A stretch of DNA of 64,000 nucleotides from Gracilinanus agilis (taxonomy: Eukaryota): the NCBI RefSeq assembly GCF_016433145.1, contig NC_058130.1, positions 776,208,791 to 776,272,790 on the forward strand. The letters run 5' to 3'. Numbering within the stretch: position 1 is the first letter of the stretch; each line of letters starts with the position of its first letter. Shown one piece after another: positions 1 to 12,919 of the stretch. The notes under the pieces are model-generated. The model did not search any database. It was not told the origin of the DNA and saw nothing but the letters and a program-made list of their open reading frames with translations. Made by a program: the position numbers and the translations under genes.

Positions 1-210
1 GTACCACAGCTCACACCTCATCTAGCCCTTCCCCAATTGATTCTCCAAGCCCCAAGGCATCCCCTTGATTTCCAATTCTTTGCTACCACAGAAAGAGCTG
101 CTGGAAATATTTTTGTATAAATATGTCCTTTCCCCTTCCTTTGATCTTTTTGGGATACAGAGCTAGTAGTGTTATTGTTGGGTCAAAAGGTATGCCTGGT
201 TTTATGACCC
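1..210 (-). mobile_element. LINE-1 3' ORF2 fragment
   Basis: Typical marsupial L1 antisense motif ttccaattctttgctaccaca...ttttgtata...gggtcaaaaggtatgc. Confidence 0.85.
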
Positions 211-259
211 TTTGGGTGTGTACTCCATCTTTTTTTTTTTTTTTGTGAGGGGGGGCACA

Positions 260-640
260 GTGTAGGTGGGGTAAGGGGCTAAAGTCAGGAAGACTTGAAT
301 TTAAATATTGCCTGGCTAAATCCCTAAACTTCTGATTTCCTCATTTTCCTCCGCCACAAAAGAGGTATAACAAGAGTCCTGGGAGGTAGGTGCTATTATC
401 ACCCCCTCTTTACAGATAAGGAAACTGAGGCAAAAAGAGAGACTTGCCCAGAGTCACCTAGCTAGCAAATGTCTGAAGCTGGATTTGAACTCAGCTCTTC
501 CTGATGCCAGGCCTAGCTCTCTATGTACTGTGCCCCATAGCTGCCCCCTAATATCGATAATAGTTGCTGTGGAGATTAAATGAGATAATATTTCTAAAAA
601 GTTCTGGGCACATAGTTGGTGCTATATTTGTGTTAGCAAT
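260..640 (+). mobile_element. MIR/CORE SINE, split by a nested antisense Mar1/MIR at about 385-547
   Basis: Head gtcaggaagacttgaatttaaat and tail gattaaatgagataata flank an inverted copy (tacagataaggaaactgaggc...ggatttgaactcag). Confidence 0.65.
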
Positions 641-899
641 ATCTAGTAGCAATCTCTAATAATGGTTTTATAGAGTACAAAAGAGGATTGTGGAGTAGGA
701 AATGTGGAATCGACTTTAAAGGGTAGATCAAAGGGAAAAGACCCCATCTTGTGTGTGATTTTGAGTGGCTCATTATGATCCATGAATGGACAAACTGTCC
801 ATTTCCACATATGAACTTTGGATTTGGAAACCCCTGTTCCTAGCCTCATTCAGTAACATGTACAGAGAGGGAAAAGCTGGTGGTCAAGTGAGCTAGTAT

Positions 900-1480
900 T
901 GATTTAGTACCTACTGTGTGCCAGACACTGAACTAGGGAAACACCAGGAGAAAGAACTCTGGGAGTTCCCAGTCTAACAGGGAAGACCACAGAGGCACAA
1001 CTAAGCTCAAACAAACTTAAACTCTAGGCTGGTTAAATTGAAGACAGTCAACCAAGGACAGATAGCAGAATTGAGGCACATCCCCAAAGGCTTCTTAGAT
1101 GAGAAAAGATTTTAGCTGAGGCTTGAAGGATGCTGGGGAAGCCAAGAGACAGAGATGGGTGTGGGTGTGGGTATGGCAGGGAGGGGGACATTCCAAGGAT
1201 GGGAGACAGCAGCGGGGGGAGGGGGAGTTGAATTTGAGAGCTAGAGTATAGAAGGATACATGGGAGAGAGCTGTAAGGTATAAGAAGCTTGAAAAGGAAG
1301 GAAGCCATCAAGGTTGTGAAGGGCCTTGAATGCCAAGCAAAGCATTTTGTATTTGATCCTGGATGAATAGGGAGCTGTTAGAGCTTATTGAGTTGAAGGT
1401 GAGGCAACATGGTCAGACCTGTGGGTTAGGAAAATCCCTTTGGTGTTTGGATGGAGGATGGATTGGAGTGGGGAGAAGTC
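900..1480 (-). mobile_element. LINE-2 3' fragment
   Basis: acctactgtgtgccagacactg L2 terminus (reverse) followed by purine-rich L2 body. Confidence 0.7.
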
Positions 1481-1879
1481 ACTGTGGCCGTCGAGGTATG
1501 GCCCTTAGGAAGAAATCCTCATTTTTTAGGTATAATATTCACATCTCGGAGATGGGATGCCACATAAATTTAAAAGAGTGTCATGTCCCATATTTGTCAG
1601 AAATTCCATGAGTGAAGTATTTTGGGGGAAAGAAATTAAGCTCCTTGAAGGTAGGTACCTGTGGAGCCAGGGACCTAGCATGGCACTTTTCATATAGCAT
1701 TCACTTAATGTCTATTTATTGTTTGATCATAATCATGAAAACTTGATTTTAGAAAGGTAATAAGAGGTTTTATTTAGCCTACATTTGGGCTGGGATAAAG
1801 AGAAGAGAGGTTTTTAGTTAAATTTTGTTCCTTCTACTAATGTCCTACTCAAGGTGCAGAAGGATCTTCCTTCTCTGCT

Positions 1880-2110
1880 CAGCTTTTGATCTCCCTGGCT
1901 TCCTGAAAGGCCCAATTAAAATCTCTTCTTTTACTGAAAGCCTTCCCCAACCCTTTTTAATTCCAGAGTCTTCCCTCTGTTCATTGGGAGCTTGCTTTAT
2001 ATAGATTTGTTTGCATGTTGTCTCCCCTAGTAGATTGGAAACTCCCTGAAGGCCTTTTTTGGTATCATCAGTTGCTTAGAGAAGTGCCTTGACTTGTAGT
2101 CAAGGATTGA
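1880..2110 (+). mobile_element. LINE-2 3' end
   Basis: gcatgttgtctcccctagtagattggaaactccctgaagg motif. Confidence 0.7.
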
Positions 2111-3309
2111 CCATAGTGAAGACCCCTGAGTGAAAGTCATCTTAGCTCCTATCCTGAAGGCATAGAGAAATGTCTGCCTATGACAAAGCGCTAAGGACAG
2201 CACACACAGCATATTCTGAAAAAAGGCCCAAGTAAAAAAAAGCTGTTTCCAAGTAAATAGAATTGGAATTTAGCTTTCTAGCTTTACATAAGCCATACAA
2301 AACACTCACTTACTTACCTTGCCTTTATTTGTTTAATTGAAATAAAAAAGGAGCAGATGTAGCCCCCAAGAGTGAGTGGGCCCCAATGAAATCAGAGCCA
2401 TCAGCTGGAATCAAAAAAGCAAGTAGTTGGCTCCCCAGCATGAGAAAAAGCATACTTTCCCCCCTCCCCAAATACTAAATATCCTGCCAAGAAAATTAAA
2501 GTATAAGAGTTCTGTGAGAAGAACATACAGTATTGGGTCATACGTTGACATGTTACCTGTGATTTATTATCCTATAGAAAACTCTGTTCAGAACCACTGA
2601 GGTCATCTACATTCATTGTTTCCATCTTGTAAATCATTACTAACCAATTGTCCCTGTGAAAGGCTTACCTAATCCCTCATATGTCATTTTCCCTATATAC
2701 TCCAACTCGTTACACTTTGCCACTGCCCAGTAAGAAGATTGTCTGCGTGTCTGTCTGTCAGTCTGGCGATTGGGTCCTCCTATAATTTCAGAACTATTTT
2801 TCTCATTCCTGTTCATTAACCCACAAGTTCTCTGAGGCTGTTGCAGAGGAGTGCAGGCTGTGTTAGGGAGCAGCTTAGTGATGGATTGACTCCATGTCCC
2901 TTCTGAGGCCTGGCCTAGCTAAGATAGGTTCATCAGATCTGGCCATGGAGTGCTAAGTTGTTTAGCCCTGTGGACACTTGAAGACCATTGATTTAATGGC
3001 AGTGAAGGTAGCTCCCCTAGATCCTTGAAGTATTTCATTGTGTTTTTCATTGGGCTCTCCCTGAAGGTAGATCAAAAATTATCCTCTGTTGTAGAAGAGG
3101 GCATAGTAGAGGTGTTGGAAACGACTACCTTTGAGGAATGGCCCTTCCCATTTTTTGGCAATTCTCAAAATGACTGATATCAAAAGAACCAGATTTGGTG
3201 ATTTGGGGGCAGAACAGAAAAGGTAGGATGGTGAGGTAGAGGGCCACGAAATTGTTGGAAAAGATGAAGGGATTTGTCTACTGGCCTGGGTTAGAGGGAA
3301 GGCGTGCAT

Positions 3310-3314
<5 letters not shown>

Positions 3315-3348
<34 letters not shown>
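3315..3348. repeat. (TG)17 microsatellite
   Basis: Seen directly. Confidence 0.98.
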
Positions 3349-3350
<2 letters not shown>

Positions 3351-3628
3351 ATGATTGTCCTCAGATAGTAAATGTGGAAGCATCCAGAGGACAGACTAAA
3401 AGGTAAAGAGAGGCACCTAAAGGAAGTGCCCACTAAAAGAGCTCTTAGAAAAGGCAGGAGTGGGCTGCTTTCCTTGAACTCATGCTTTCCTTGGCCATGG
3501 CAGATGGCAGGGGAATTCTTTTTATTGGGGTCGTTCTGCATTGGATGGCCTGCTAGGACTTTTCTAGCTCTTAGTGAGCAGAATATTCTTTAAACAGTTT
3601 GTTTTAGAGGAGTAGATTTCGTTGAATC

Positions 3629-3785
3629 CAAGGGTTCCTAACCTGGAGTCTATAGCTAGATTTCCAGGGGGCTGCGAACTTGGCCAGGAGAAGAATTCTA
3701 CCTTCATTTCAAGAGTTTCCTTTGCAATCCTGAGTATTGTCTTTAATGCATTTGGAAACAGGATTTAGAGAAAAGTCAGCGAACG
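3629..3785. mobile_element. Ancient hAT/Charlie-type non-autonomous DNA transposon fragment
   Basis: Starts caagggttcctaacctggagtc..., resembling MER-type Charlie MITE ends; right terminus not seen. Confidence 0.45.
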
Positions 3786-4377
3786 AGTTCTGGAATTCGA
3801 AAAAAGATGAAGACCTCACCGAGCTGCTGTGGTTTGACAAATGGTTTCGTCCTGAGATTTCTAGTGCAAAGATTTGTTTGCAAAGCCCTTTGGAATGTCC
3901 ATTTGAAAGCAGCTGTGTGGTGTGTGCTCGTAGAGGCTCGAAGAACTCTGGTGAGAGCAAGAGGATGATTCAGTGATATTCCTGGCACGTGGGTTTTGGA
4001 CGGATGGCACTTGTGGAATTCTCAGCCAGATGAGGTCAAGTTTAGGTGACTTTCTAAGAAGGATCATGTTTCAATATTTGGATAGTATATGATTCAGGTT
4101 CTCTCATGCTAACAAGTCATACTTTTACTGATGAGAATAAGGGAACAGCCCTTCTACTACCCCCATCCTTCAGTTCTTCCTTGAAGCATTTTACACAATT
4201 AGCTTGATGTTTTGGAGGATTTCTATATTTGAAAGAGTTATTTTAATGTTAGTCATTTTGAGAAATAAGGTGCTGCACATAATTTGCCAGGAAATGGGAT
4301 GGCCCTTCAGGATTGTTCCATAATAATGCATCAAGAAAAAGAGCCAGATTTGGAAAATTCTCTATATTGAGTTTTAA

Positions 4378-4713
4378 AAAAATTTTATTTTTACCATCAT
4401 GCAAAACACACTTCCATATTGGTCATTGTTGTAAGAGCACACTCATACATGACCCAAACCATAAATACACTGATGTGAAAGACGACTCCAACAGTCCTTT
4501 CTGTGGAGGTGGAGAGCATTGCCTGTCATGAGTTTTTCAGGATTGTCCCAGATCATTGCATTGCTCAGAGTAGCCAAGTTTTCGCAGATAATCATCGTCC
4601 AATATTGCTGTTACTGTATGCAATGTTCTCCCAGGTCTGCTTATTTTTCTCTGCATCAGTTCCTGCAGATCTTTCCAGCTTTTTCTGAAATCATCTTGCT
4701 TATCATTTCTTAT
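4378..4713 (-). mobile_element. 5'-truncated LINE-1 with 15-bp TSD
   Basis: L1 3' motifs; perfect TSD TATATTGAGTTTTAA at 4363-4377 and 4714-4728. Confidence 0.9.
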
Positions 4714-5084
4714 TATATTGAGTTTTAAGTGACTCCCTTACTGCTGGTTCTGTTGCAGACAAGCCTGCTTTGAAACTTGGGGTTGGTAATACCTCCCAGA
4801 GCAGATGTTATCGAAAGCTAAAGCTATAAATCATACTAGCACATATTAGGTTTTACAAACGGGCAGAATCACCCATGCCATCAGGAACACTGAGTGGAAT
4901 AATAAGTAACATGTTAAAGTAGTGTTGTGAGGTGGGCGGTACAAGTAGCATTATTCCCATCATAAAGATAAAGAAACTTGGGCCAAGATAAATTAAGTGC
5001 CTGGTTCCAGGGGGCATAGCATAATTACTATTAGGAAAGTCAGGATTTAAACCTAGATATTCCAAATTTAGTGTTCTTTCCAGT

Positions 5085-5342
5085 ACAAAATTCTGTTTGT
5101 TTGATTCCAAGACAGAAGAGGAGTAAGGGCTAGGCAATCAGGTTTAAATGACTTGCCCAGGGTCACACAGTTAGGAAGTGTCTGAGGCCAGATTTGAACT
5201 CGGGACCTCCAATCTCCAAGGCTCTATCTGTTGAGCCACCTATCTGCCCTGTCTCTTTAGTATCGATTCTAAGACAGAATTGTGGCAAGGGCTAGACAGT
5301 CAGGGTTAAGTGATTTGCCCAAGGTCACACAGCTAGAAACTG
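5085..5342 (-). mobile_element. SINE1_Mdo-type SINE plus a second partial copy in tandem
   Basis: gacttgcccagggtcacacag...gagccacctatctgccc, then a second tail/body (gattctaagacagaa...aagggctag) at about 5251-5342. Confidence 0.8.
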
Positions 5343-5639
5343 TTTTAGTTTAGCTTTAAAACTAGGTTTTCCTCACTCAAGGCCCAGTGCTGAGGGAGGT
5401 GGGCTGTTTGGAACTCGATCTGGAAGGGGCTTTCGAGATGATCTGTGTGCAGATGGGCAGAAGCTGGGAAAAGGAATGACTTGGCCACAGCAGAATGTAG
5501 TAGAACTGAGTGCAGAAGGTAGCTCTCCCAGCTTCAGAGGCATGTTGGGACTCCTGCCTTCTTTGGTAGGGAGAGTCACTTGGGGTTATCTTGGAACCCT
5601 GCTTTGGTGATAATCGTTTAGTCCTTCACGTGTGTGACT

Positions 5640-5876
5640 GGGTACATCCTTTCATGAAAGTCTTCCCAGCTTTTCCTGAAATCCTCCTGTTGGTCATTCC
5701 TGATGGCACAATAGCATTCCATCAGGATGCTGTACCACAGCTCACAACTCATCTAGCCCTTCCCCAATTGATTCTCCAAGCCCCAAGGCATCCCCTTGAT
5801 TTCCAATTCTTTGCTACCACAGAAAGAGCTGCTGGAAATATTTTTGTATAAATATGTCTGTTTCCTTTCCCTTGAT
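5640..5876 (-). mobile_element. LINE-1 3' fragment (contains duplicate of 1-127)
   Basis: cccagcttttcctgaaatc...ttccaattctttgctaccaca motifs. Confidence 0.85.
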
Positions 5877-7330
5877 CTGCTGCCTAGGTGCCCCTAAAAT
5901 TTTGGTGTTTTCAACAAGTTATTTAATTGCAAAATTCAAAAAAACATCCTTATAGAGCTCTTGCAGACTACATTCCAGGAGGCAATGATTTCATTGGAAT
6001 TACTTTTGTTCTTTGTTCAAAAGGGATGGTTTCTCCAGTCGCTTGGATACCTGTCCCTTCAGGTGGCATGGAGACCTTGGGTAGGTTTTAGGCTTTGTTG
6101 GAGAAAGAAGAGGGAATAGCATAGGGGGAAGAAAGAAGCATCTGGGAAGGAGGGAGGATGGAACAACAGGAGTCTTAGTCCTTCCTGTGACCTCCAGAAA
6201 GGGTAAGCGGTCATATACTTTCAGCCCCTATAAGTTGTCAGTCGCCCGGAGATGCTGGGCTCTGGATGTGAGTGAATACTTATCTGTGCACATGGCGTAT
6301 TCCATGGAAGTGGAAGGTCAGCTCAGGAGGAGTTCCTGGAGATGCACCTGGGACCCTCCTTAGGCTCTCTGATCTGCTAAGATCCTGGGACTATAGATTT
6401 AGGCTGGAAGGAACCCTAGAAGCCATTACTGGTGGCCTCTTCTCTTCCCGAGTGGATCACATCCTGTCACATGGAGGGTGGAAGGACCCAGGAGACCCAA
6501 GCAAGGCAGAGTGTGGGGTCAAACTGTCCTAGGTTCTGGGGGTGGCCCGTTGTTGGGCACAGTGTCTTGTTTAGGAGGTGTCGGTTGCTGGCCTAATTGA
6601 GGGGATGGATGGCTCCCTCGATGTTCTCTGAAGTACCTCTAGTTAAGCCATTTGGGGAGGTCTTTCCTCACCATAGTTTGCCAGGCTAAAGCACCTACTG
6701 CTTTGAACATTGAATGGCTTATCTGGTTCTTCTGTGAAGCCCCCCGTACATCCTAGGAGTGAGCCCTAATAAACAGACAGAGACAAGGAGAAAAGGGTAA
6801 GTGCTTCCAGAAAGAACATTGATTAAGTGGGCGAAGATGAATCACTGACAATGAGGTAGTTTGGATCCCAGTTTGAAGGGCTCCAAATGCCAAACACAGT
6901 GGTTGTTATTTAATCCTAGAGGAAGTGAGAAGCTAGTGGGTTTGGGGAATGATGTCTTTAGACTCAGGCTATAGGAAGATCCCTTTGACCTCAATGGAGG
7001 CAGAGAGACAAGTTAAAAGGCTACTGCAGTAATCCAAGTGAGAGGTGGTCATGGCCAGAACCTGTGGGTTGGCTGTGTGAATTAAGATAATCTATATGGA
7101 ACGTTAGATTGGGATTCTATAAATAGCTCTCAATGACATGAGAGCCTCACTCAAGTTTTCTGACTAGGATGAAGAGGCTTTTGATGTGATTGACAGCTGG
7201 TCTCTGCTCTGTTGGTCGTATGTACTATTTGCTTCAGTAATTCAAGGATTGGTAATTTCTTTAGTGTGATCATTCCCTTCAGCAACACAGATTGCAACTC
7301 TTCTATCTTAACAGATATCAACTTGAAAAT

Positions 7331-8093
7331 TGTAATTGCTGAAAAATTAATCACCAAGCCCTATAGTATTTTGTGGGTAAATATTAAACTCTAAGTTCAC
7401 CGGGGTTTAGAGAGAGGGGAAAAGGAGGACTGCCTGGGCAAGGGATAGCTGACTGAGAACACATACCAATGGGGAATCACCTTTACACCCACAAACACAG
7501 AACTTGGGGAAATGAGTAACCCCTATATGGAGGAATGGCAGTTAAATCCGTTAAGCAGTGAGCCAGACTCCAGTCAGCTGAGGAATTACAATAAAACCTT
7601 ATATAACTTAACTAAGGCACTTCTAGGGTTAAGGAAAACAATAACTTATTAAAGTAAAGAAGTTAGGGAGATGGACCAAAAACAAGGGAAGTGGATCAGG
7701 ACCACTACACTAAACCCCTAACACTAACTAGATCCAAGCAGAATGGGGTCTCACTCCTTGGGTCCTGGTCCCTCCAGTGGTGATCTCAGCTGTCCTAAGG
7801 TCCCGGATGAAAATCAGCCAGTAAATTCAAAGGGGTCTCCAACTAAGAGCTAATCCAGTAATGGAAGTCCACCTTCCAAACTGCAAATCAAGCTCCAGGC
7901 CACACAATAGATGGGATGGTCCTTGAGGAGTACAAAAACACCTGCTTCCTCTCCAATGGCAGCAACCAACAGACTCAGACCCTTGTGTCTCCCCCGCAGA
8001 GTTCCAAGGCTCCCCGAATGTTCTGCTCATCCATCCTGCTTTGCACAACTTTTCTCTATCCTTAAAAATGCTATTTCCTTATTCCAGTATACA
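7331..8093. mobile_element. Probable ERV solo LTR, family and boundaries uncertain
   Basis: TG...CA-bounded ~760-bp block sharing the ttaatcaccaa motif with the LTR at 17875-18670; no TSD confirmed. Confidence 0.4.
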
Positions 8094-8429
8094 CTTTAAG
8101 GTCTAAAGGGCATTTTTTATTTTTAAAAAACATTCATTTTAATTACATTTTTCATTATTCTCTCACATTTGTGAATATATCCTTCCTTCCTTACCCAGTG
8201 AGCTTTCTCTTGTAAAAGGAAAAAGAAAGGCAGCATTTCAGCAAAACCAAGGAACCTGCAGACTCTGATCGCATTTGTAGTGTCCCATCCTTGTGTTCCC
8301 TCACCTTTGCCAACAAGGTAACTTAAAGGTCAGGAAATTTTGTCAGTCCTCCTCTTCTTTCTCTTCTCTTCTCTCTATCCCTTCCATTTCTCTTCTGATT
8401 CAGGAAGGAGAAGGAGAAAGTCGCAGCAG

Positions 8430-8900
8430 AGGCTAGTCAAGCATTAAGTGCCTGCTATGTCCCAGGCACTCTGCTAAATGTGGGGATGCAAAGAGAGACA
8501 GAATCCAGTCTGCTCCTGAGGAGCTCATGGTCTAAATGGGAGGAGACAACACCCAGACACAGATGAATTGAGATGGTCAGCAGAGGGAAGGCACTGCCAT
8601 TCTAGGCTATTAGGAAAGGCTTCCCATAGAGGGCAGGATTTTAGCTGAAACTTGAAGGAAGGGTTGTGGGGGAGGACCAGAAGGCAGCCAGGAGGAGGGG
8701 ATGTGGGCGTCAGCCAGTGAAAATGTCTGGGATTGGGAGATGGAGGGTCTTATGGGAGGAACAATCAGAAGACTCAGTGGAAGGTCAGCGTGTCAGCCAA
8801 GTCAAAGGAAGGAGTCAGGATTCAGAGGAGAGACTGGCAGGGCTTGAGAGACCCAAGAAGTTGCATGAGTGCCTAGAGCACAGCTAAAGGGCTGAGGTCA
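8430..8900 (-). mobile_element. LINE-2 3' fragment
   Basis: caagcattaagtgcctgctatgtcccaggcac terminus and L2 body. Confidence 0.75.
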
Positions 8901-9264
8901 GAGTTTCTTTGTCCTTTGATCCTAGATAGGAAGTGGTCCTTGGGGTGATGTGACTGTGGCAGGTTCAGGTGAAAAGAGAATCACCTTGTTAGTAAATATT
9001 GGTTAGGTACCCGTGCTAGGCACTTTGCTAAGTGCTGGGACTTCACACAGGGACCAGCTAGTCATAAATTCAACAAACTTCATTGAATTCTTACTCTTTA
9101 TAGATAGATACATTATGCATTGGGGTAGATCCCCCAAGGGAATAGAAAAATAAATTAAAAATGTCTCAGATGATTACAGTCTCATAGGAGTTAAAAGATG
9201 TAGAGGTAAAAATATACTCTGTATTAGACCATGATAAGTGGGTGAGGAAGGAAGGAAGGGCCTG

Positions 9265-9460
9265 CCAGGCGCTGTGCTAAGCATTTTACAAATGGTATCT
9301 TATCTGACCTTCATGACAACCTGGAGAGGTAGGGGCTATTATTGCTCCCATTTTATAGTTGGGAAACTGAGGGAGACAGGCTCAGTGACTTGCTCAGGGT
9401 CACACAGCTAGTAAGTGTTGGAGGCCAAGTTTGAATGCAGGTCCTTCAGACTCAAAGCCC
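9265..9460 (-). mobile_element. Mar1/MIR SINE
   Basis: cccattttatagttgggaaactgaggg...gacttgctcagggtcacacagctagtaagtg. Confidence 0.75.
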
Positions 9461-10693
9461 AGAGCTTAGGAAGGAGAAGACATTTGAGCTCATGTCTCCC
9501 TGCAGAGATGATTGGGGAAAGGTAAGAGCATTCTATTCCTAGCAGATAGGAATGTGAGCTCATGCTTGGTTGCTGAATAACCTGGACTGTATTCTGGGGA
9601 TAGCCATCATCCAGGGAAGCTGGCCAATATAGCATTCTAGATGCCTGGACAGCTAGATTGCAGTCTAACTGGGGAAGGACTTAGAAACTACAGTCCTTAA
9701 TCCTCTCAGTAAGGAATCCAAAGGTTGTTAGGGAACAGGGAGCCCCTGAAGTCAATTGGAACAGTGAGGTAATGCAATCAGAGCTGTGCATTAGAAAGAT
9801 GAGTTGGCAGGAGTGGGTGTGTAGATTGGATTAGGGGAAAGGGATTTGATATGTGGAGGCCCTGTTAAAGCCCTGCTGCAGGGTGGAATGACAAGGCCTT
9901 CAGTTGGGAATAGGGGGTGCAAGAAGGACGAGAAGGCCTCAGGATTAAAGAATTTTCTAGTCCTTGAATTAGTTTCCCCTTTTCTGTCCAAGGTCTCAAG
10001 TGTGCTTGTCGGCTCATCTGCCCTTCACCTCCTTGCCCTGCTGTGGTGGGCAGAGGGATGTGAGGTCAGAGACTGCCTCGTGCCACCAGGCTGTCTGGCT
10101 GACCTTGTTTGGTGCGGCTCCTGAGGCCTTTCCCGAGTTCCTGTTCGCTCTCTTCAGTGATTTCCTCCCCATCCTCACAGTTCATGCCCTGAACTTCTCT
10201 TTGAAACTTCCCCTGTCTTTGTTTGCACTTATCATACTTCCAGTCCCTCTTGTGCTTGTCACAGTTACTTGGCGTTCTGCTCCAAGAACATTTCTGGGGC
10301 TTATTTATTTTTGGCTTCACAAGTTAAAAGCTTTTGAAAGTCTTTGTTCTAAGTGTTTTGGAAATATGACTTACGTTTTCTTCGGCTTGCATATCTTCTT
10401 AACCAGCTGGTCACTCGGCCTTTCTGGAGCGTTAGAGGGGGATGACGTGTTCCTCCCTTCTGTCTCTGCCTTGGCCAATTCAGATGACAAATCGTCATGT
10501 TCTAGAACATTGTTAGTGCTTGGGATTTATTAATAAGGATGATCATCCCTTTTTTCAGAGAAAAATCTTGAACCCCTCCTCTCTAGCCCAAAGGAAGCAG
10601 ATGCAGCCTAGCCTACTCCAGGACCACTAGGCGGGGATGGAACGCCTCATTTCCTCAGGAACTTGGAGAGGCTGCTGCTCTAGCTTTCAAGAT

Positions 10694-11525
10694 TTTTTTT
10701 TTCCTTAATAGTCAGCCACCTTAATCATTTATTTATTTATTGCCAGTTATGTGTAATAACAAATTCCACATAAGTTTGCAGAAGTTACATGTTCCAAATG
10801 GTCTCCCTCTCTCGTTCCCTTCCCCCTCCTGGAGCTGGCAAGTAATTCAATCTGGGTTATACATGTATTACCATGCAAAACACATTTCTATATTGTTCAT
10901 TTTTGTAAGTGAATGATCTAATAAAATCAAAACTCCCAAACACATACCCAAATAAACAAGTGAAAAATTGTATGCTTTCATCTGCATTCCTACTCCCACA
11001 GTTCTTTCTCTGGAGGTGGGGAGCATTCTTTGTCCTAAGGCCCTCAGAATTGTCCTGGATCATTGCATTGCTGAGAGTAACTAAGACTATCACAGCTGAT
11101 CATCCAGCAGTGTGGCTGTGTCTGTGTGCAGTCTTCTCCTGGTTCTGCTTATTTCACTCCGCAACACTTCAGGTAGGCTTTCCAGCTCTTTCTGAATCCA
11201 TCCTGTTCATCATTTCTTACGGCACAGTAGTATCTCGTCACCAGCACATACCACAATTTGTGCAGCCATTCTCCAAATGATGGACATCCCTTTAGTGTCC
11301 AGTTCTTTGCCACCACAAAGAGAGCAGTTAATAATATTTTTGTACAAGCATATCCTTCATCATTTTTCTAAATCTCGTTGGGATACAGACCTAATGATGG
11401 TATGACTGGATCAGAAGGTATGCGTTGTTTTACAGCCTTTTGGGTATAGTTCCAAATTGCCCCCCAGAATGATTGGACTGGTTCAGAACTCCACCAACAA
11501 TGCATTAGTTCCCAATTTAGTCACA
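10694..11525 (-). mobile_element. LINE-1 3' end
   Basis: T-rich tail, 3' UTR and ORF2 C-terminal antisense motifs (gggtatagttccaaattgcc). Confidence 0.9.
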
Positions 11526-12919
11526 CACTCTAGACTTTAGCATTGCCTGGGTAAAGATATTTTGGGTGGGGGTGGCTACGGTGTGGAATGCCCCAGATTT
11601 ACCTTGATTGTTTTGATAGTTTATGTGGTAGTAGAGAGAACATTGGATTGGCCTGGGAGCCAGACACAAGGTAAAGGTTACAGTACAGTTACAGCTGGGA
11701 GAGCTGGGACTCTCTCAGCTAATGGCAATGGAACTATGATAAGTTTCTTAGCCTCTCAGTTATTATTGGCCCATTTTACAGATAAGCCTCAGTTTCCTCA
11801 TCTGTAAAATGGAAGTAATACTCCTAGCTTGCTTCATAGGACTTTTGTGAGGACAGAATCTCAGAGTTGAAAGGGACCTAACGGGTCCTCTAGGCCAGCT
11901 TATACCTGAATAGGAAGCCCCTCAACATTTTTAACAATTTTCTCTTGAAGTTCAGTGAGGAGGAATGCAGTTCCTCTTTTGCCTCCTTGAAATGAAATTA
12001 AAAGAATCTAAAGAGGCAGCCTCCTTTCCTGAAAAGGTGAGTCTCGACCCCTTGTCTGGAGATTGGCAGGAGGAGAAACCACTGGCCAAGTGTTAGGAGG
12101 GAGCCAGATGCTTGCCCTGAAGAGAAATAGGTTAGATGCTTTGGGGTGGGGGACATCATCTAGGAATGTCGGAAGAGTGGAGGATGGGAAGGGACACTGA
12201 GGCAGCAGCTGTTGTTAATTTCTGCACAGTTCTGGTGATTTACTTACAGGCAGATGACAGTGCCAGGAGGTACATCAAAAACGATGCCCAGAATGATGAG
12301 GCAAGACTAGCACCGTAGATGGTGTTTTTGTCATTGTTATTCATTAAGATTGGGGGCCACAGAGGAGAAAAGCAGACTGAGGAAAAGAATGACTGATGAA
12401 GAAGATGGGTTTGAGAATGGGATTTGGATTTCTGGACCACATCTTTGAGAAATAGATTTATGGATGTATTTTGTTTTTACATTGCCTAGATTTTTCCCTG
12501 CCTTCTCACAGAGAGCCACCCTTTTACAAAGAATTTTTAAAAAGAAAAAGAGAAAGAAAAAAAGAAAAAAGAAAAAAATTAAGTAAGACACTGACAAAAT
12601 CTGATATTATACAACAGTGGTCCACTCTTTTGGACACCCATCGCTCTTCAAAGAAGAATGGGAAGGAGCATTCTTACATCTCTTCTTTGGGTCTGAGTTT
12701 GTTTTTAATAATATTGCAACATTTCTTTTTGATTGTTTTGTGATTTCTAGGATGGTTAGTTGTACTAATTCACATTTCTATCAATAATACATTTGTGTGC
12801 TTGTCTTTCCACACTTCTCCAACATTGGTGGTTCCCATCTTTGCCAATTTGCTGGATGTGAAGTAAAATCCTATAAAAGGTTGCTTTGACTTGAATTTTT
12901 CTTATAATTTATTTATTAT

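Noticed and set aside
10000-10533. 177-aa hydrophobic ORF
   Set aside because: GTG start, no recognisable domain or splice signals; pyrimidine-rich intronic DNA gives such frames by chance.
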